From Thermoanaerobaculia bacterium (GTDB lineage: Bacteria; Acidobacteriota; Thermoanaerobaculia; Multivoradales; SZUA-115), in assembly GCA_036274895.1 (NCBI GenBank), contig DASUEU010000027.1, forward strand, positions 136,883 to 200,882: a stretch of 64,000 nucleotides of DNA, in the 5' to 3' direction. Position numbers and translations under genes: made by a program. Each line of letters starts with the position of its first letter. Position 1 is the first letter of the stretch. The notes beneath the pieces were generated by a model, which worked only from the letters and a program-made list of their open reading frames with translations, made no database searches and was not told where the DNA came from. Of the stretch, positions 47,495 through 57,457 are shown piece by piece.

Positions 47495-47992
47495 ATGTCC
47501 GAACGGCAGCAGAAGACCCGATTCTTCCACGAGACGCTAAACAGCATCGTGGCCACAGCGGGCCTCCTGCTCGCCAGCATGTCACTCGGTATCCAACTCA
47601 CCGACAGAGTACAAGAAGATAGAGAGTCGGTCGAAGTAGAGCCTTCTGTCGGGACCGACCATGTCACCGTAGGGATCGCCAATACCAGCCGCAAGGACAT
47701 CTGGCTGAGATGGATCCGAATCGAGTTCGTTGATGATCTGGGCGACATCCTGCGTGACGCTGCCATTCAAGTGAAGCCACCGCCAGAAGGCGCCATGCAA
47801 CTTGCTCCAAAGCAGGTTGAAGTCTTCTCGGTCACCTTCAACGATCGCCAGGTTCCTGACGAGGCCCTGTGCGCTCAGATTGTTGTGGGCACTACGCTGG
47901 GTTTCTTGACGGACTACTACGTCACGGCCGACCTTTTCCGTTCGCCAAGTCGCTGGAGACGGATCCCCTGCCCGCGAGAGGCGAGAGAGTGA
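47495..47992 (+). CDS. Hypothetical membrane-anchored protein in a lower-GC islet
   Basis: N-terminal TM helix; ~55% GC against ~70% elsewhere; no known domain. Confidence 0.45.
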   Translation: MSERQQKTRFFHETLNSIVATAGLLLASMSLGIQLTDRVQEDRESVEVEPSVGTDHVTVGIANTSRKDIWLRWIRIEFVDDLGDILRDAAIQVKPPPEGAMQLAPKQVEVFSVTFNDRQVPDEALCAQIVVGTTLGFLTDYYVTADLFRSPSRWRRIPCPREARE

Positions 47993-48265
47993 AACTTCGC
48001 CGATAGTCGACCAGCGGCCTGGCCAGAGCTGGTACCAAGAGTGCCCGTCAAGCACCTCGTTTCGCGTATCGAAGACCCGCGCATGGGACAGAGAATCCAA
48101 TCGTGAAGGCGAGGCGGACCGGCAACCGGCCGGTCCCTGACCACCAAGACGACGGTGCGCCGTCGGCTCCGGGACGCTGAGGGCGTAACGCCCGGAGGTT
48201 CGAGACTGCCTGACCTCTCTGAGTCGGACCTGGATCGAGCAGGGCAAGCCCCTCAGGAGGACCGC

Positions 48266-50146
48266 ATGCTGCACCCCGCGTTGAGGTTGACCATCGGTGC
48301 CGTCCTTCTCGCAGCCTTGGGCGGGATCGTCGCCATCTCGTACTTCGGCAGGTTCTTCGGGCCTGCCCGTACCCTGGTCGAGACGTTGCCGTCGACGTCC
48401 CTCGGGCTCACCGCACGGTCGCTCAACGGGCGGATCCAGCCCAGGGGCCGGCCGACGACGTACTGGTTCGAGCTCGGCGAGACGACGGCTTACGGACGTA
48501 CGACCAAGCCGGTCAGCCTGCCGCCGCGAATCGGCGCGTACTACCGGGAGTCCTGGGACGAGCACGGCCGAGCGGGGTGGTTCGGTGGCCTCGGCTCGGG
48601 GGACGAGCTCGTGCACGAAGGGAGCGGCGGTGTCACCGGAGGGCACGTCTCGTGGAACCTCGGCACCGAGACCGCACCTGCCAATCAAGATGACAACCAC
48701 AATGACGGGATCGGCACGGTCAAGCTCGCGCAGTACGTGTTCACGGGACCCGTCCCGCTCGGCCCGCCCGATCTCTCGCTCGGCGGTGGGGATCCGGACT
48801 TCCGCGGTGCGAGGGTCTCGGTATCGGTACGGGGCGACCGGGGCTTGACCCTCGGCCCGGCGGAGCTCGTCTTCTGGCTGCAGAGCACGCCCAACGTTGC
48901 GGATCTCGGCACCGACCGCGAGCGGTTCTCGAACTGGGCCTACACCCGCTCCCGCCTGACCGGCGGGCTGCTGTCGTCGCGCTGGGAGAGGGTCTCCTAC
49001 GTGCTCGACAACGACACCAACGCCTGGACGTACGCGGGGAACAACGTCAACGAAGACCGCGAGGACTACATCTACGTCCCTCTCGACCAGGTTCTCGGGC
49101 ACTTGAACGGCGACCTCTTCCACATGGTGGTGATGTTCGAGGCCGGGACGCCGCCCTACGGCCCATCGCCCGGCGGGGGCCGGCTGCGGTTCGACGAGAT
49201 CGAGATCGCCTATCGCAACGAGTCGGCCCTGATGGCCTCGAACGGCGGCAGGCTGAGGTCGGGGCCGGCGGGAGGAGGGCCGCTCGAGCGGCTCACCGAC
49301 GGGTGGCGCACAGGCGTGAACCGTACCTGGCGCAGCGCGCCCTGGCCGACCGCCCCCCTCGACTTCACCTACGAGCTCGCGGACCCCGTCGAGATCGACA
49401 CCATCCAGATCCATCAGGGCGATCCCGATTGCCCGAGCGAACGGGTGGAGGTGCACACGGGGTACAAGGGCTCGGCGCTGGCGCCGCTCGTCTCCGGGGT
49501 GATTCCGGAGAAGAGCGCGGCAGGTCCGAGCTTCACCTACTTCCTGAACCGGCTACCCGCCCCGGTCATGGCGGACGTGGTCCGGGTGCGCGTCTCGTCG
49601 GGCTACCGGAAGGAGGCCTGGTGCCTCGGCGAGATCGAAGTGTTCGGCCAGGACGCGGTGGTCGAGACGGACAATGACTGGTACGGCGTGACCGCCGACT
49701 TCGACGGCCTCGAAGCCGGCAAGGAGTATCACTGGCGGCTCTGGGCCGAGAGCGGCGGCGTCAAGGTGAAGACCGACGACGCTACGTTCACCGTCCCCGA
49801 GACGACGGCGCCCGAGCTGAGAACATTGGGCGTCACGCGCCTCGGCAACGGCTCGGCGACGTTCGAAGGTCGCCTCAACCCCCTGGGCGTCCCCACCAAC
49901 TACTGCTTCGAGTACGGGGTCGACCCGCCCAGGTGGGAAGACCCGACCTATGCCCAGAAGACCCTCCTGCGCTATGGCGGACGGCAGCTCACCCCCCGGA
50001 CGGTCACCGACGTCGTGACCGGTCTGGTCCCCGGGACGACCTACCACGTCCGGATGGTGGGCGAGCTACAGACCGGGGTCGAGATCGCTTGTGGAGACTC
50101 CAATCCGGTCAAAGAGCGGACGAGCGTGTCCTTTGTGGCTCGATAG
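48266..50146 (+). CDS. Membrane-anchored protein with FN3-like and discoidin (F5/8 type C)-like domains
   Basis: CAGGAGGA RBS; N-terminal TM; FN3-like motifs (TYWFELGETTAYG, NYCFEYGVDP...TTYHVRMV); discoidin-like end (...AWCLGEIEVFG). Confidence 0.55.
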   Translation: MLHPALRLTIGAVLLAALGGIVAISYFGRFFGPARTLVETLPSTSLGLTARSLNGRIQPRGRPTTYWFELGETTAYGRTTKPVSLPPRIGAYYRESWDEHGRAGWFGGLGSGDELVHEGSGGVTGGHVSWNLGTETAPANQDDNHNDGIGTVKLAQYVFTGPVPLGPPDLSLGGGDPDFRGARVSVSVRGDRGLTLGPAELVFWLQSTPNVADLGTDRERFSNWAYTRSRLTGGLLSSRWERVSYVLDNDTNAWTYAGNNVNEDREDYIYVPLDQVLGHLNGDLFHMVVMFEAGTPPYGPSPGGGRLRFDEIEIAYRNESALMASNGGRLRSGPAGGGPLERLTDGWRTGVNRTWRSAPWPTAPLDFTYELADPVEIDTIQIHQGDPDCPSERVEVHTGYKGSALAPLVSGVIPEKSAAGPSFTYFLNRLPAPVMADVVRVRVSSGYRKEAWCLGEIEVFGQDAVVETDNDWYGVTADFDGLEAGKEYHWRLWAESGGVKVKTDDATFTVPETTAPELRTLGVTRLGNGSATFEGRLNPLGVPTNYCFEYGVDPPRWEDPTYAQKTLLRYGGRQLTPRTVTDVVTGLVPGTTYHVRMVGELQTGVEIACGDSNPVKERTSVSFVAR

Positions 50147-50169
50147 CCTCGAAGGTCTCAGGCCCCCCC

Positions 50170-51510
50170 TCACGGCGTCGTGCGCGGGCTGCCCTCCTCG
50201 GTACCGTCGGCGTACTGGCCGATCAGGCGGACGACCTTGCCGCCTTCCCGCTCGAAGCGAATGGTGAAGTCGTCGAGGTCGCCGACCAGGAAGCGGTCGC
50301 CGCCCACGGGTTGGAGGCGCAGCTTTCGGACGCCGCCGCGCTGGTACCAGAGGACACCGTCGACCAAGGTGACCGCCCGCGGGCCGTAGGTGCCGGTGAA
50401 GGCGGCGAGCTCGGCGGCCGGCAGGCTCACGGGCTTGCGGCGCATCTCGAGGATTCCCCGCGTGAAGGCGAGCTCGGCTTTGAGCTCGGGGTCGGTGGCC
50501 TTCTCGGCCAGGGCGGCGAGGGCGCGGTCGTGGGCCACGGCCAGGGCTTCGGCCGCCGGCACGGCGACGTCCGGCGCCACGCCGGTGCCTTCCCAGTTGG
50601 TGCCGGTGATCGGGTTGATCGCCCGCCCGAAGGGAACGGTGACGAAGACCGGATAGCCCTCGACGCGGTGGCCCTCGATCGGATGCGCGCCGCCGCCGGT
50701 GGTCTCCCCGACGATGGTGGCTCGCTTCAGGTTCTTGAGGTTGTAGGTGAACTCCTCGGCGGCCGAGAAGGTCCGCCCGCTGGTGAGCACGAAGACCGGC
50801 ACCTCGGGCAGGCGGGTTCCGGGCACCCAGGCGTGGGTCCAGAACTGCTTGGTCTGGTCCCCCTTGCGGATGTAGAAGCTGTTGAGGTGAGTGGTGTCGT
50901 CGTCCGGGACCAGGTAGCTCGTGAGCAGCTGGATCATGCTCGGGCTGCCGCCGCCGTTGTTGCGCAGATCGAAGATGAGGGCCTCGGCCCCGGCGAGAAA
51001 GCCCATGGCCGCGACCGCCGTGCTGCCGCCCAGTTCGGCGGGGGCGAAGCAGTCCAGCTGCACGTAGCCGACGTTGCCGGCCATCCGCTCCACCTTGCGG
51101 AAACAGGCGTTGTCGCGCCGGACCTGGGCGGCGAAGCGGGCCCGTTCCTCGGCCGGGGAGGGATCCTGTCCACCCGCGTGGGCCGGTGGTGCGGGCGCCC
51201 AGCGCACCCGCAGGTGGAGGTCGTGGCTTACGGACAGCAGATCCTCGGTGAGCTTCTGGGCGAAGGTCTCGAGGTCGGCGAGGCCGTCGTAGGCGCCGCT
51301 CGCGAGCTGTTGGGCGAGCAGATCGCCCATCTTCTTGGCCGTCTCGGGGAAGACGTAGGTCTCGTTCAGGGCGGCGGTGATGTCCGCGATGATCGCCTGG
51401 CGGTCGGTGGTGCTGACCGCGGGAGGCCGTTCTTGGGCGAGAAGAGGGGTGGTGAGCCCGGCCAGGAGGCCGAGGGAGAGCAAAGCACGCGAGAGAGACT
51501 GGACCTTCAT
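50170..51510 (-). CDS. Secreted S41 family peptidase (tail-specific/IRBP-like)
   Basis: Signal peptide; LIFDLRNNGGGS and TSGRTFSAAEEF S41 catalytic-region motifs. Confidence 0.75.
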   Translation of the reverse strand: MKVQSLSRALLSLGLLAGLTTPLLAQERPPAVSTTDRQAIIADITAALNETYVFPETAKKMGDLLAQQLASGAYDGLADLETFAQKLTEDLLSVSHDLHLRVRWAPAPPAHAGGQDPSPAEERARFAAQVRRDNACFRKVERMAGNVGYVQLDCFAPAELGGSTAVAAMGFLAGAEALIFDLRNNGGGSPSMIQLLTSYLVPDDDTTHLNSFYIRKGDQTKQFWTHAWVPGTRLPEVPVFVLTSGRTFSAAEEFTYNLKNLKRATIVGETTGGGAHPIEGHRVEGYPVFVTVPFGRAINPITGTNWEGTGVAPDVAVPAAEALAVAHDRALAALAEKATDPELKAELAFTRGILEMRRKPVSLPAAELAAFTGTYGPRAVTLVDGVLWYQRGGVRKLRLQPVGGDRFLVGDLDDFTIRFEREGGKVVRLIGQYADGTEEGSPRTTP

Positions 51511-52472
51511 CGGGGGTCCTCCTTTTGGATTTCGAGCACGAGTACGATGGAGTCACGTTCGAAGCCGGCGCGGGCGACGGGTGGCCTCTCGGCTTCGTGG
51601 AAGCCGAGAGAGCGATAGAGCGTCTGGGCCGCCCTCAGACGGTCGCTGGTGAAGAGGAAGACGGTCGAGCAGCCGTGGCGGCGAGCGCGATCGAGGGCGG
51701 CGACGGCGAGCCGGCGGCCGAGGCCACGACCCTGCCAGGCGGGCGCGATGGCCATCTTCGAGAGCTCGGCCACCTGGTCTTCGAAGAGCAGGGCGCAGGT
51801 GCCCACCACCTCCCCGGCCTGGTGCGCGAACAGCACCTCGCCGCCGCGGCCGACGATCTCCCCGGCCGGATCGGCCAGCCTGCGCAGGTCTTCCTCCTCG
51901 GGCGTGAACAACGCCTCGATCCAGGCGAGGTTCAAGGCGCGGAAGCAAGCCGCCAGCTCGGGTGCCCGCTCCGGGTCCCAGACCTCGATCTCGAGGCGCC
52001 CCAACCGGGCCTCGAGCCGGGCGGCGAGGGGGCGCTGCTCGAGGCGAGCCTCGAGAGCAGTGAGCGCTTCGAGCAGCTCGTGGCCAGACTCGGCCACCAG
52101 CTCCGCGGTCGCTGCTCGAATCTCAGCCCACAGGGGGGTCAGGCGCGCCACCGCCCGGCTGCCCCGCTCGGTGAGGGCGAGCAGCCGGCGCCGCCCGTCG
52201 AGGGGGTCGTCCGTCGAGGCGACCAGACCGTCGGTCTCCATCTCGCGGCTGATCTGAGCGATCGCCGTATGCGTGAGCCCGAGAGAAGCGGCGAGCTCTG
52301 ACACCGCCAGCGGCGAGCTGCTCGACAGGGCCGCGAGCACGGGGAACCAGCGCGCCCGGAAGCCCAGCCCCTGGTCGGCGTAGACCTCCGAGACCTCCTG
52401 CTGCAGACGGTCTCCGAGCCGCTTCAGACGGGACGCCAGGGCAAGGTGGCCGAGCTCCTTGATCAGATCCAC
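51507..52472 (-). CDS. MarR-family transcriptional regulator fused to a GNAT N-acetyltransferase
   Basis: N-terminal winged HTH (AVSELAASLGLTHTAIAQISREME...DGRRRLLALT) and C-terminal GNAT motif A (QGRGLGRRL). Confidence 0.75.
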   Translation of the reverse strand: MDLIKELGHLALASRLKRLGDRLQQEVSEVYADQGLGFRARWFPVLAALSSSSPLAVSELAASLGLTHTAIAQISREMETDGLVASTDDPLDGRRRLLALTERGSRAVARLTPLWAEIRAATAELVAESGHELLEALTALEARLEQRPLAARLEARLGRLEIEVWDPERAPELAACFRALNLAWIEALFTPEEEDLRRLADPAGEIVGRGGEVLFAHQAGEVVGTCALLFEDQVAELSKMAIAPAWQGRGLGRRLAVAALDRARRHGCSTVFLFTSDRLRAAQTLYRSLGFHEAERPPVARAGFERDSIVLVLEIQKEDPR

Positions 52473-52538
52473 GCTCTTACTACGCGGGAATCGGAAAGTG
52501 GTTTCCTAGTTTTTGGGCCGGTCGGTCGGTAGCGGCCT

Positions 52539-53237
52539 TCAGACCTCTCCGGCCCGGGGCCGCAGGAGGATCTCCTCCACCACCGTGCGGTCCGAGAGGC
52601 GCCAGGCGCCGACCACGGCCTCGGCCACGTCCTCTGCCGGCATCAGGCGCTGGGCGGGGATCGGCACTCCATCCCAGGCCGGAGTGAGGGTCGCGCCGGG
52701 GAGCACGGTCGTCACCCTCACCCCGGTCGCCAAGGTCTCCGCCCGGGCCTGCCGGGCGAGGCCCAGGAGGGCGTGCTTGGCCACGGTGTAGGCAGCTCCG
52801 TTCGGGTAGGCAGCGAGCGAGGCCACCGAGCCGAGGTAGAAGAAGTGCCCGCGGCCCCGCTCCACCATGGCGGGCAAGAAGGCGCGGGTGGTCAGGAAGG
52901 CGCTGGTCAGGTTGACCTCGAGCTGATCGTGGAAGGTGGCGAGATCGGTCTCGACCAGGGCGCCGGGGCGGAAGCGGCCGGCGTTGGCCACCACCACCTC
53001 GGGAGCGCCTTGTGCCGCGAGCAGCCCGGCCGCCACCCGGTTCACCTCGGCCTCGACCGTCACGTCGCAGGGGCACACCGAGGCCCCGGCCCCTGCCGCT
53101 CGGCAGGCCGCGGCGACCCCTTCGAGCTTGCCGGTGCTGCGGGCGAGGAGAGCCAGATGCGCACCCGGCTCCCGGGCGAAGGCCAGGGCGATGGCCTCGC
53201 CGATTCCCTGGCTGGCTCCTGTGACGACGATCAGCAT
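52539..53237 (-). CDS. SDR family oxidoreductase
   Basis: VTGASQGIG, NAG, and Y...K (YTVAK). Confidence 0.85.
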   Translation of the reverse strand: MLIVVTGASQGIGEAIALAFAREPGAHLALLARSTGKLEGVAAACRAAGAGASVCPCDVTVEAEVNRVAAGLLAAQGAPEVVVANAGRFRPGALVETDLATFHDQLEVNLTSAFLTTRAFLPAMVERGRGHFFYLGSVASLAAYPNGAAYTVAKHALLGLARQARAETLATGVRVTTVLPGATLTPAWDGVPIPAQRLMPAEDVAEAVVGAWRLSDRTVVEEILLRPRAGEV

Positions 53238-53370
53238 GGTGTGGTCCCGTGGGCGGCAGGAGCTTAGTCGAAACCGCCGTCGCCGGGGCCGCTCGAGCCC
53301 TCGGGAGCCCCGAGCGAAAGCCCTTCTTCCTTTCCTGCTAACGTTCCACCTCTCCGAGGAGAGCCTTTCG

Positions 53371-54747
53371 ATGAATGACCTGACCCAGGGTTCGGTCCAC
53401 CGTCACCTCTCGCGCCTGGCGGGGGTGATCCTGTTCGGCATGGTCTTCCAGACCCTCTACTACCTGGTGGACCTCTACTTCGTGGCCAAGGTGAGCAGCG
53501 AGGCGGTGGCCGCGGTGTCGCTCTCCGGCAACCTGATGCTGGTGACGGTGGCGCTCACCCAGGCCCTGACCATCGGCACCACCTCGCTGGTGGCCCACGC
53601 CTGGGGCCGCAAGGACTACGGCGAGGCCCGCCGGATCTTCAACCAGTCCCAGGTGCTGGCCACCGGCGTCGGCCTGCTGTTCGTGACCGCGGCCTTCGCC
53701 CTGCGGGAACGCTTCGCCGCGGGCCTCGCCGCGGACGAGGTCACCGCCCGGGCGGTGCGCGACTATCTCGACTGGTTCCTGCCCGCCATGGGGGTGCAGT
53801 TCCTGCTGGTGGCTATGGCCGCCGCCCTGCGCGGTGCGGGCGAGGTGAAGGCGCCGATGATGGTGCAGATGGTCGCCGTACTGATGAACACCATCCTGGC
53901 GCCGGTCTTGATCGTCGGCTGGGGCACCGGGCGACCGTTGGGCGTGGCTGGCGCCGGCCTCGCCACCTTCCTCTCGATCTGCGCCGGCGCCCTGCTGCTG
54001 GTGCTGTGGGTGAGGAAGCGCCACGACGTGCTGCACTTCGAGCCCCACCACTGGTGGCCGGACTGGGCTCTCTGGCGGCGGATGCTCGGCATCGGGCTGC
54101 CCACCGGCGGCGAGTTCCTGCTGATGTCGGTCTACGCCACCATGATCTACGGCCTGATCCGCGGCTTCGGCTCCCACGCCCAGGCCGGCTTCGGGGTGGG
54201 CATGCGGGTGTTGCAGACCGGCTTCATGCCGGCCCTGGCGGTGGGCTTCGCGGTGGCGCCGCTGGCCGGCCAGAACTTCGGCGCCGGGCACTTCGACCGG
54301 GTGCGGCAGAGCTTCAAGGCCGGGCTGCTGTGGGCGAGCGTGATCATGCTGACCTTCATGGCCCTCTGCCACATCTCGCCCATCGCCATGATCCGCCCCT
54401 TCGCCGAGGATCCCGAGGTGATCGCGGTGGGCACCGAGATGCTCGGCATCCTCTCCTTCAATTTCCTGGCGGCGGGCGTGGTGTTCGTCGCGAGCGCCCT
54501 GTTCCAGGCCATGGGCAACACCATCCCCTCGCTGATCGCCTCGGGCTCGCGCCTCCTGCTCTTCGCGGTGCCGGCGATGGTGGTCTCTCAGCGCCCCGGC
54601 TTCGCCCTGCGCCAGCTCTGGTGGCTGTCCGTGGGCTCGGTGCTGGTACAGATGGTCCTCGCCCTGTGGCTGCTCCGGCGCGAGATGCGCATCAAGGAGG
54701 ACGGGCTGGCGGCGGCCCGGAACGAGGCCTTCAGTCGAAGTGCTTGA
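53371..54747 (+). CDS. MATE family efflux transporter
   Basis: 12-TM protein with an N-terminus (LYYLVDLYFVAKVSSEAVAAVSL) typical of MatE. Confidence 0.8.
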   Translation: MNDLTQGSVHRHLSRLAGVILFGMVFQTLYYLVDLYFVAKVSSEAVAAVSLSGNLMLVTVALTQALTIGTTSLVAHAWGRKDYGEARRIFNQSQVLATGVGLLFVTAAFALRERFAAGLAADEVTARAVRDYLDWFLPAMGVQFLLVAMAAALRGAGEVKAPMMVQMVAVLMNTILAPVLIVGWGTGRPLGVAGAGLATFLSICAGALLLVLWVRKRHDVLHFEPHHWWPDWALWRRMLGIGLPTGGEFLLMSVYATMIYGLIRGFGSHAQAGFGVGMRVLQTGFMPALAVGFAVAPLAGQNFGAGHFDRVRQSFKAGLLWASVIMLTFMALCHISPIAMIRPFAEDPEVIAVGTEMLGILSFNFLAAGVVFVASALFQAMGNTIPSLIASGSRLLLFAVPAMVVSQRPGFALRQLWWLSVGSVLVQMVLALWLLRREMRIKEDGLAAARNEAFSRSA

Positions 54748-56242
54748 CGGTGGGCCAGAGCTCGGCCACGGGCTGCTTCAGGCTGCGGCAGATCCAGATC
54801 GGGCGGCCGTTCTCGTAGGGCATGCAGTAGCCGCAATCCGTGGTGCCGGCCCGCTCCACCTGCTCGAAGAGCCCGCGTAGCCGCTCCTCGTTCGAGCCGA
54901 CCACGATCAGCACCCGCCCATCCCAGCCGCGGGGGCCCCACAGCCAGTAGCCGTTGTGACCGCTGATCGCCGGCGGCAGGCCCCGCGCCCTCCCGAGGTG
55001 GTCGATGGCGCCGGCCACGCCGTAGTCCGGGCCGAAGACCCGGGCCGCCGCGCGCTCCTCAGCGGGAAGCTTGTCGTGGGCCGCGGCCACGGCGGAGACG
55101 ATCTCCTCCCAGCCGTGCATGTCGGCGAAGAACTGGCCCAGCTCACCCAGCTCCTTCTTCTCCTCGGTTTCCGGTGCCTGGCCGAGAGCACGGGCCCAGC
55201 GGATGTGCCCCTCGACCGGCAGCACGGGCAGCACCAGAGGCGCTGCCACGGCGCCCCCGGCGAGCAGCACGGCGAAGGCCAGCCCGGCCAGGGCCGGCCG
55301 CCAGCGCAGCATCCCCGGTCGCGCCAGCCAGCGCTCCGCTGCCACCCCCCCGGCGGCGAAGAGCCAGGTGTAGGCCGGCGCCAGGTAGCCCGAGCGGCTG
55401 GAGCCCGAGAAGGCCAGGATGGCGAAGGCGGTGAGGTAGACGGCGGCGAGCAGCCGGTGCTTCTTGCCCTCCGGGTGCCCGAGGAGGTAGCCCAGCCCGG
55501 CCAGCCACAGGGGCAGGGAGAAGGGCAGCATCATGTCCACCTGCCCGGCCACGAAGTCGCCGAGCGACACCTCCACCATCTTCTCGCCTGTGGCGTTGGC
55601 GATGAACTCGAGCGTCGGCCAGCCGTTGGTCACCTGCCAGTAGACGTGCGGGGCGAAGATCGCCGCTGCCAGGGCCCCCGCGAGCCAGGGCCAGCGGGTG
55701 GCCAGCCAGCGCCGCTCGGCGGTCGCCAGCAGGCCCACGGCCAGGCCCGCGCCCAGCCACAGCACGCTGATCTTGTTGAGTAACCCCAGCCCCAGCACCA
55801 CCCCGAGCCACAGCCAGAGCCGCGGTCCGGCGCCGTTGGCGATGCGCGCCAGGAGCCAGGCGCTCGCGGCCCAGAAGAACAGGTCGAAGGCGTTCATCGA
55901 GTAGAAGTGGTCGAAGGCCAGGTACTCCGGAGCCACCAGGGCGGCGGTCATCGCCAGGGCCTGGGCCAGCCGCCCGCCTCGCAGCTCCTTGGCCAGCAGC
56001 CCCACCAACGCCACGGTGCCCGCCCCCAAGAGGGCCGGCACCAGGCGCAAGGCGAAGAGCGAGTCCCCCAAGGTGTGGCGCACCAGCCAGAGCACGAAGA
56101 TCGACAGCGGCGGCTGGTCCACGTAGCCCGCCGCCAGTTGCTCGCTGCAAGCCAGGTAGTACAGCTCGTCCCGGAAGATGCCGTAGCCCGAGCTGGTGGC
56201 GAGGTGCAGCAGCAGCTTGCCGAAAGCGAAAAGCAGAACCAA
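54731..56242 (-). CDS. Glycosyltransferase family 39 / ArnT-like (PMT_2) membrane protein
   Basis: Multiple TM helices; DE.YY N-terminal motif (FRDELYYL). Its 3' end overlaps the MATE gene convergently by 17 bp. Confidence 0.7.
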   Translation of the reverse strand: MVLLFAFGKLLLHLATSSGYGIFRDELYYLACSEQLAAGYVDQPPLSIFVLWLVRHTLGDSLFALRLVPALLGAGTVALVGLLAKELRGGRLAQALAMTAALVAPEYLAFDHFYSMNAFDLFFWAASAWLLARIANGAGPRLWLWLGVVLGLGLLNKISVLWLGAGLAVGLLATAERRWLATRWPWLAGALAAAIFAPHVYWQVTNGWPTLEFIANATGEKMVEVSLGDFVAGQVDMMLPFSLPLWLAGLGYLLGHPEGKKHRLLAAVYLTAFAILAFSGSSRSGYLAPAYTWLFAAGGVAAERWLARPGMLRWRPALAGLAFAVLLAGGAVAAPLVLPVLPVEGHIRWARALGQAPETEEKKELGELGQFFADMHGWEEIVSAVAAAHDKLPAEERAAARVFGPDYGVAGAIDHLGRARGLPPAISGHNGYWLWGPRGWDGRVLIVVGSNEERLRGLFEQVERAGTTDCGYCMPYENGRPIWICRSLKQPVAELWPTVKHFD

Positions 56243-56319
56243 AGCCTTCTTCTCCTCGTCCCGCCAGGGACCTTCATGAGTAGCGAGTGAGTTGAATCAC
56301 TCGTTAGCCCTGAGAGCTC

Positions 56320-57105
56320 CTACCGCCACTTCGGCGGCGCTTTGGTCTCGAGGAAGGTCGCCATGCCGTGGCGACAGTCCTCGGTGGTGCGGGACGCGGC
56401 GTTGGCTTCGGTGGCGAGGTCGAGGCGTTCGGCCAGGGGGCGGCCGTAGATCTCGAGCAGCAGGCGCTTGGTGCGGGCGATCGACTCCGAGCTGGCCTTC
56501 TCGAGGATGCCGGTGGCCAGCCGCTCGCCCTCGGCGTGGAGGGACCCGGGAGCCGCGACGCGGTTGGCGAGGCCGATCTCGAAGGCCCGTGGGCCGCCGA
56601 TGGGCTCCGGGTTGATCAGCAGCTCGCGAAGGTCCGAGCCCCGCAGGCGTAGCGGCAGATAGGTCGCCACCAGGGCGGCCACGAAGCCGATCCGCACTTC
56701 GCTGTAGAGGAACTTGGCATCCTCGGCGGCGACCACGAAGTCATGCGCGGTGGCCAGACCACAGCCGCCGGCCACGCACCAGCCGTGCACCAGGGCCACG
56801 GTCAGCGCCTCCTGCCGCAGCACCGCCTCGAACAGGCCGCGCAGGCGCCGTGAGTCCTCCAGGTTCTCGTCGGGACTGGCGCCCTGCAACGACTTCAGGT
56901 GCTCGATGTCTGCGCCGGCGCAGAAGTGCTTGCCGGCGCCGGCCAGCAGAATGGCCCGCACCCCCTCCGAGCGCCAGGGGTGAAGGTAAAGCTCCGTGAC
57001 CTCGGCAAGGAGCGCCGGGGAGAGGGCGTTGGCGCGGTCGGGGTTGTTGAGGGTGACCCACAGCAGGTCATCCCGGCGGTCGACGAGCAAGTTGGTGAAA
57101 GTCAT
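56320..57105 (-). CDS. Enoyl-CoA hydratase/isomerase family protein
   Basis: LNNPDRANAL...HFCAGADI crotonase motifs; start at MTFTNLL. Confidence 0.8.
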   Translation of the reverse strand: MTFTNLLVDRRDDLLWVTLNNPDRANALSPALLAEVTELYLHPWRSEGVRAILLAGAGKHFCAGADIEHLKSLQGASPDENLEDSRRLRGLFEAVLRQEALTVALVHGWCVAGGCGLATAHDFVVAAEDAKFLYSEVRIGFVAALVATYLPLRLRGSDLRELLINPEPIGGPRAFEIGLANRVAAPGSLHAEGERLATGILEKASSESIARTKRLLLEIYGRPLAERLDLATEANAASRTTEDCRHGMATFLETKAPPKWR

Positions 57106-57112
57106 GGTCCGG

Positions 57113-57457
57113 CTAGCTGCGCAGGTCGCGCAGGGGCGTGCCCTCCGGCACCTCGATCTCAAGGGTGAGCAGCCCCTGGCCGTGGGTCTTGCCCTGGGCG
57201 TCGTTGATCAGGCTCTCGGTGCCGCCCCCGCCCAGGGAGTCGTGGAGCATGAAGTTCAAGGCCAGCAGGTTGGGCACCTCCCAGCGCTCCACCCGGCCGC
57301 GGCACACCAAGCGGAAGTGCTCCTTCACCCGCTCGGGAGTCACCTCGCGGCGCAGGATCTCGAAGTGGGCCGGAGAGTCGGCGATCAGACCGACGTTCGA
57401 GGCGTCCCCTTTGTCTCCGGACCGGGCGTGGGCGATTCTCTCCAGGCGTGCTCTCAT
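57113..57457 (-). CDS. DUF4387 family protein (AtuA-associated small subunit)
   Basis: ~114 aa; ATGA-coupled to the upstream small membrane ORF. This small partner typically accompanies DUF1446/AtuA proteins. Confidence 0.55.
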   Translation of the reverse strand: MRARLERIAHARSGDKGDASNVGLIADSPAHFEILRREVTPERVKEHFRLVCRGRVERWEVPNLLALNFMLHDSLGGGGTESLINDAQGKTHGQGLLTLEIEVPEGTPLRDLRS

